From: Candidatus Bathyarchaeota archaeon
Lineage (GTDB): Archaea; Thermoproteota; Bathyarchaeia; 40CM-2-53-6
DNA: 64,000 bases
Direction: 5' to 3'
Assembly: GCA_963733055.1 (NCBI GenBank)
Contig: CAVTBR010000001.1
Coordinates: forward strand, 1,472,001-1,536,000
The notes beneath the pieces were generated by a model that was given only the letters and a program-made list of their open reading frames with translations, made no database searches and was not told the DNA's origin. The position numbers and the translations under genes were made by a program. Of this stretch, positions 62,410 to 64,000 are shown piece by piece. Position 1 is the stretch's first letter, and each line of letters opens with the position of its first letter.

Positions 62410-63126
62410 TTATTCTGACATCAAACCAAGATAAAGACGTGCGATTTCTTTGTGAGCAAGTAAGTCCTTAGCAGGTCCTTCAAAGTTTCTCTTGCCACTC
62501 ACTAGCAGGTATGCTTGGTCTCCTATCTCTAGAGCTCTCTTTGCGTTTTGCTCGACCAGCAGTACCGTCATGTTCATTGTGTCAGCTAACGATGAGATTG
62601 TCGTCAGAACCTGTGTTGCGATTCTTGGGGCGAGGTTGGCCGTGGGCTCATCGAACATCATGATGGTGGGTTTTCGCAGGAGTGCCATCGCCATCGCGAG
62701 CATCTGCCGTTCCCCTCCGCTCAGGTTTGTAGCTTTCGTGGAAAGATACTTCCTAAGCTGAGGGAAGACCTCCAGCACCTCATTCTCGCGGCCTTCGGCT
62801 TGCTCGCGGTTGAGCGTGTAGGCGGCCAAAGTGATGTTCTCTTGGGTCGTTAGATTTGTGAAAACGTTTTCAGTTTGAGGGAGATACGCGACACCCATTC
62901 GTGCAATAACATGTGGAGGAAGATTAGTTAGCTCCTTTTCCCCATCCATTTTGATGGCGCCGCCGAAGATCGTGGTAAGTCCAGAGATACTTTTCAGGAG
63001 GGTGCTCTTTCCGGATCCGTTAGGCCCTACGATCACTGTCACTTCACTGGGTTTAGCTTCCATTGAAATGCCATTTAGCACCTGTAGTTTTCCGTAGCCG
63101 GCGAGTAGGTCCTTGACTTGCAGCAT
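62410..63126 (-). CDS. livF: Branched-chain amino acid ABC transporter ATP-binding protein
   Basis: GPNGSGKS, LSGGERQMLAMA, DEPTANLAP, LLVEQNA. Confidence 0.9.
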   Translation of the reverse strand: MLQVKDLLAGYGKLQVLNGISMEAKPSEVTVIVGPNGSGKSTLLKSISGLTTIFGGAIKMDGEKELTNLPPHVIARMGVAYLPQTENVFTNLTTQENITLAAYTLNREQAEGRENEVLEVFPQLRKYLSTKATNLSGGERQMLAMAMALLRKPTIMMFDEPTANLAPRIATQVLTTISSLADTMNMTVLLVEQNAKRALEIGDQAYLLVSGKRNFEGPAKDLLAHKEIARLYLGLMSE

Positions 63127-63130
63127 TTTT

Positions 63131-63889
63131 CTAAACTCCCAGATATGATTCCACAACCTTCTTGTCGCTAACGACTTCGTTAGGCGGTCCGGCGGCGATG
63201 ACTCTGCCCAGTGCCATTGCTGTCATGTGGTCGACATACCTCATCGCAATGTCTAGTCTATGCTCTACTATGAAGAATGATAATCCAGATTCGTCCCTTA
63301 ATTTCAGGATCTTGGAAAAGATATCATGGGCTAAAGTTGGGTTGACCCCAGAGACAGGCTCATCGAGGAGAATGAGCTTCGAATCGCTCATAAGTGCTCG
63401 GCCCATCTCAAGGAGTTTCATCTGCCCTCCGCTGAGGAGATAGGACGGCGTGTCAGCTTGCCCCATCAAGCCTAAGGTTTGTAGAATTCGCCCTGCCTTC
63501 TCAACCGCTGCCTCCTCATTTCGCACCCAGAACTTCTTGAACAGAGCTTTGTTGAAAGAGTCGCCCGGGTTTCCCTTCTCCGCCACGAGGAGATTCTCAA
63601 GGACCGTTAGCTTCGAAAACAATGCAGGTATCTGGAAGGTTCTCGCGATCCCCATTCTATACAGGGAGTGGGGAGTCATGCCCGTAATGTCCATCGAATT
63701 GTACTTGACGTTGCCCGAATCGGGTTTGTAGAATCCTGTTATTACATTGATTAGGGTCGTCTTTCCCGATCCGTTCGGCCCGATTAGAATACTTACGGTT
63801 TTCTCGCCCACATTTAACGTTACGCCATCGAGCGCGGCGAGTCGGCCAAATGATTTCCGTAGATCAGTTACTTGAAGTATAGTTGACAG
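63131..63889 (-). CDS. livG: Branched-chain amino acid ABC transporter ATP-binding protein (CTG start inferred)
   Basis: LQVTDLRKSFG..AALDGV, GPNGSGKTT, IARTFQ, LLDEP, VEH. Confidence 0.88.
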   Translation of the reverse strand: MSTILQVTDLRKSFGRLAALDGVTLNVGEKTVSILIGPNGSGKTTLINVITGFYKPDSGNVKYNSMDITGMTPHSLYRMGIARTFQIPALFSKLTVLENLLVAEKGNPGDSFNKALFKKFWVRNEEAAVEKAGRILQTLGLMGQADTPSYLLSGGQMKLLEMGRALMSDSKLILLDEPVSGVNPTLAHDIFSKILKLRDESGLSFFIVEHRLDIAMRYVDHMTAMALGRVIAAGPPNEVVSDKKVVESYLGV

Positions 63890-63897
63890 ATTACATC

Positions 63898-63932
63898 ACA
63901 AAAAAGGGAGGTTAGCTGGAGTTAATCCAGCT
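63898..63932 (-). terminator. Hairpin followed by a T run
   Basis: Minus strand AGCTGGA-ttaac-TCCAGCT then CCCTTTTTT. Confidence 0.5.
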
Positions 63933-63935
63933 CGT

Positions 63936-64000
63936 TTAAGTGCTCATTGTGTAGGCTGCTGCGTCGGCGGATGAACTCCAGGTGCCAACATTCACCCATG
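63936..64000 (-). CDS. 3' end of a probable ABC substrate-binding protein
   Basis: WVNVGTWSS...ST* upstream of livG; positional inference. Confidence 0.45.
   Translation of the reverse strand, partial: WVNVGTWSSSADAAAYTMST

Overview
Archaeal (TACK/Thermoproteota, probably Bathyarchaeia-like) chromosomal segment. The left end (1-6.6 kb) is an amino-acid/amide catabolic cluster with a TrmB regulator. The right end (45-64 kb) is core genome: RNase P RNA, rhomboid, hutU/hutI, a 16S-23S rRNA operon (no spacer tRNA, no linked 5S), a Na+/H+ antiporter, an M20 peptidase, an ornithine cyclodeaminase homologue and livFG. The 16S gene carries a 50-nt bulge-helix-bulge intron at position 908 and the 23S gene a 307-nt ORF-less group I intron at L1931. 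About 7-45 kb is a mosaic accessory region with PIN/RHH/AbrB toxin-antitoxin modules, an orphan terminase, an integrase remnant, gene fragments, Mrr-like and TM0106-like nucleases, tRNA-3'-end-like junction sequences and a ~850-bp degenerate array with 10/11-bp periodicity. The best candidate for an undescribed system is the ~11.5-kb locus at 8.7-20.1 kb. It combines a membrane-anchored JAB-like protein, an E2-like protein and a pseudoJAB-E1 fusion with two START-like/CHAT caspase-family proteases, a frameshifted ubiquitin-like ORF ending in GG that the ORF track misses, an AN1-like zinc finger and wHTH regulators, and several of its promoters share an 11-bp-periodic GTYGCA motif. Several single-base frameshifts may be assembly errors. 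All domain calls come from reading motifs by eye, not from database searches.
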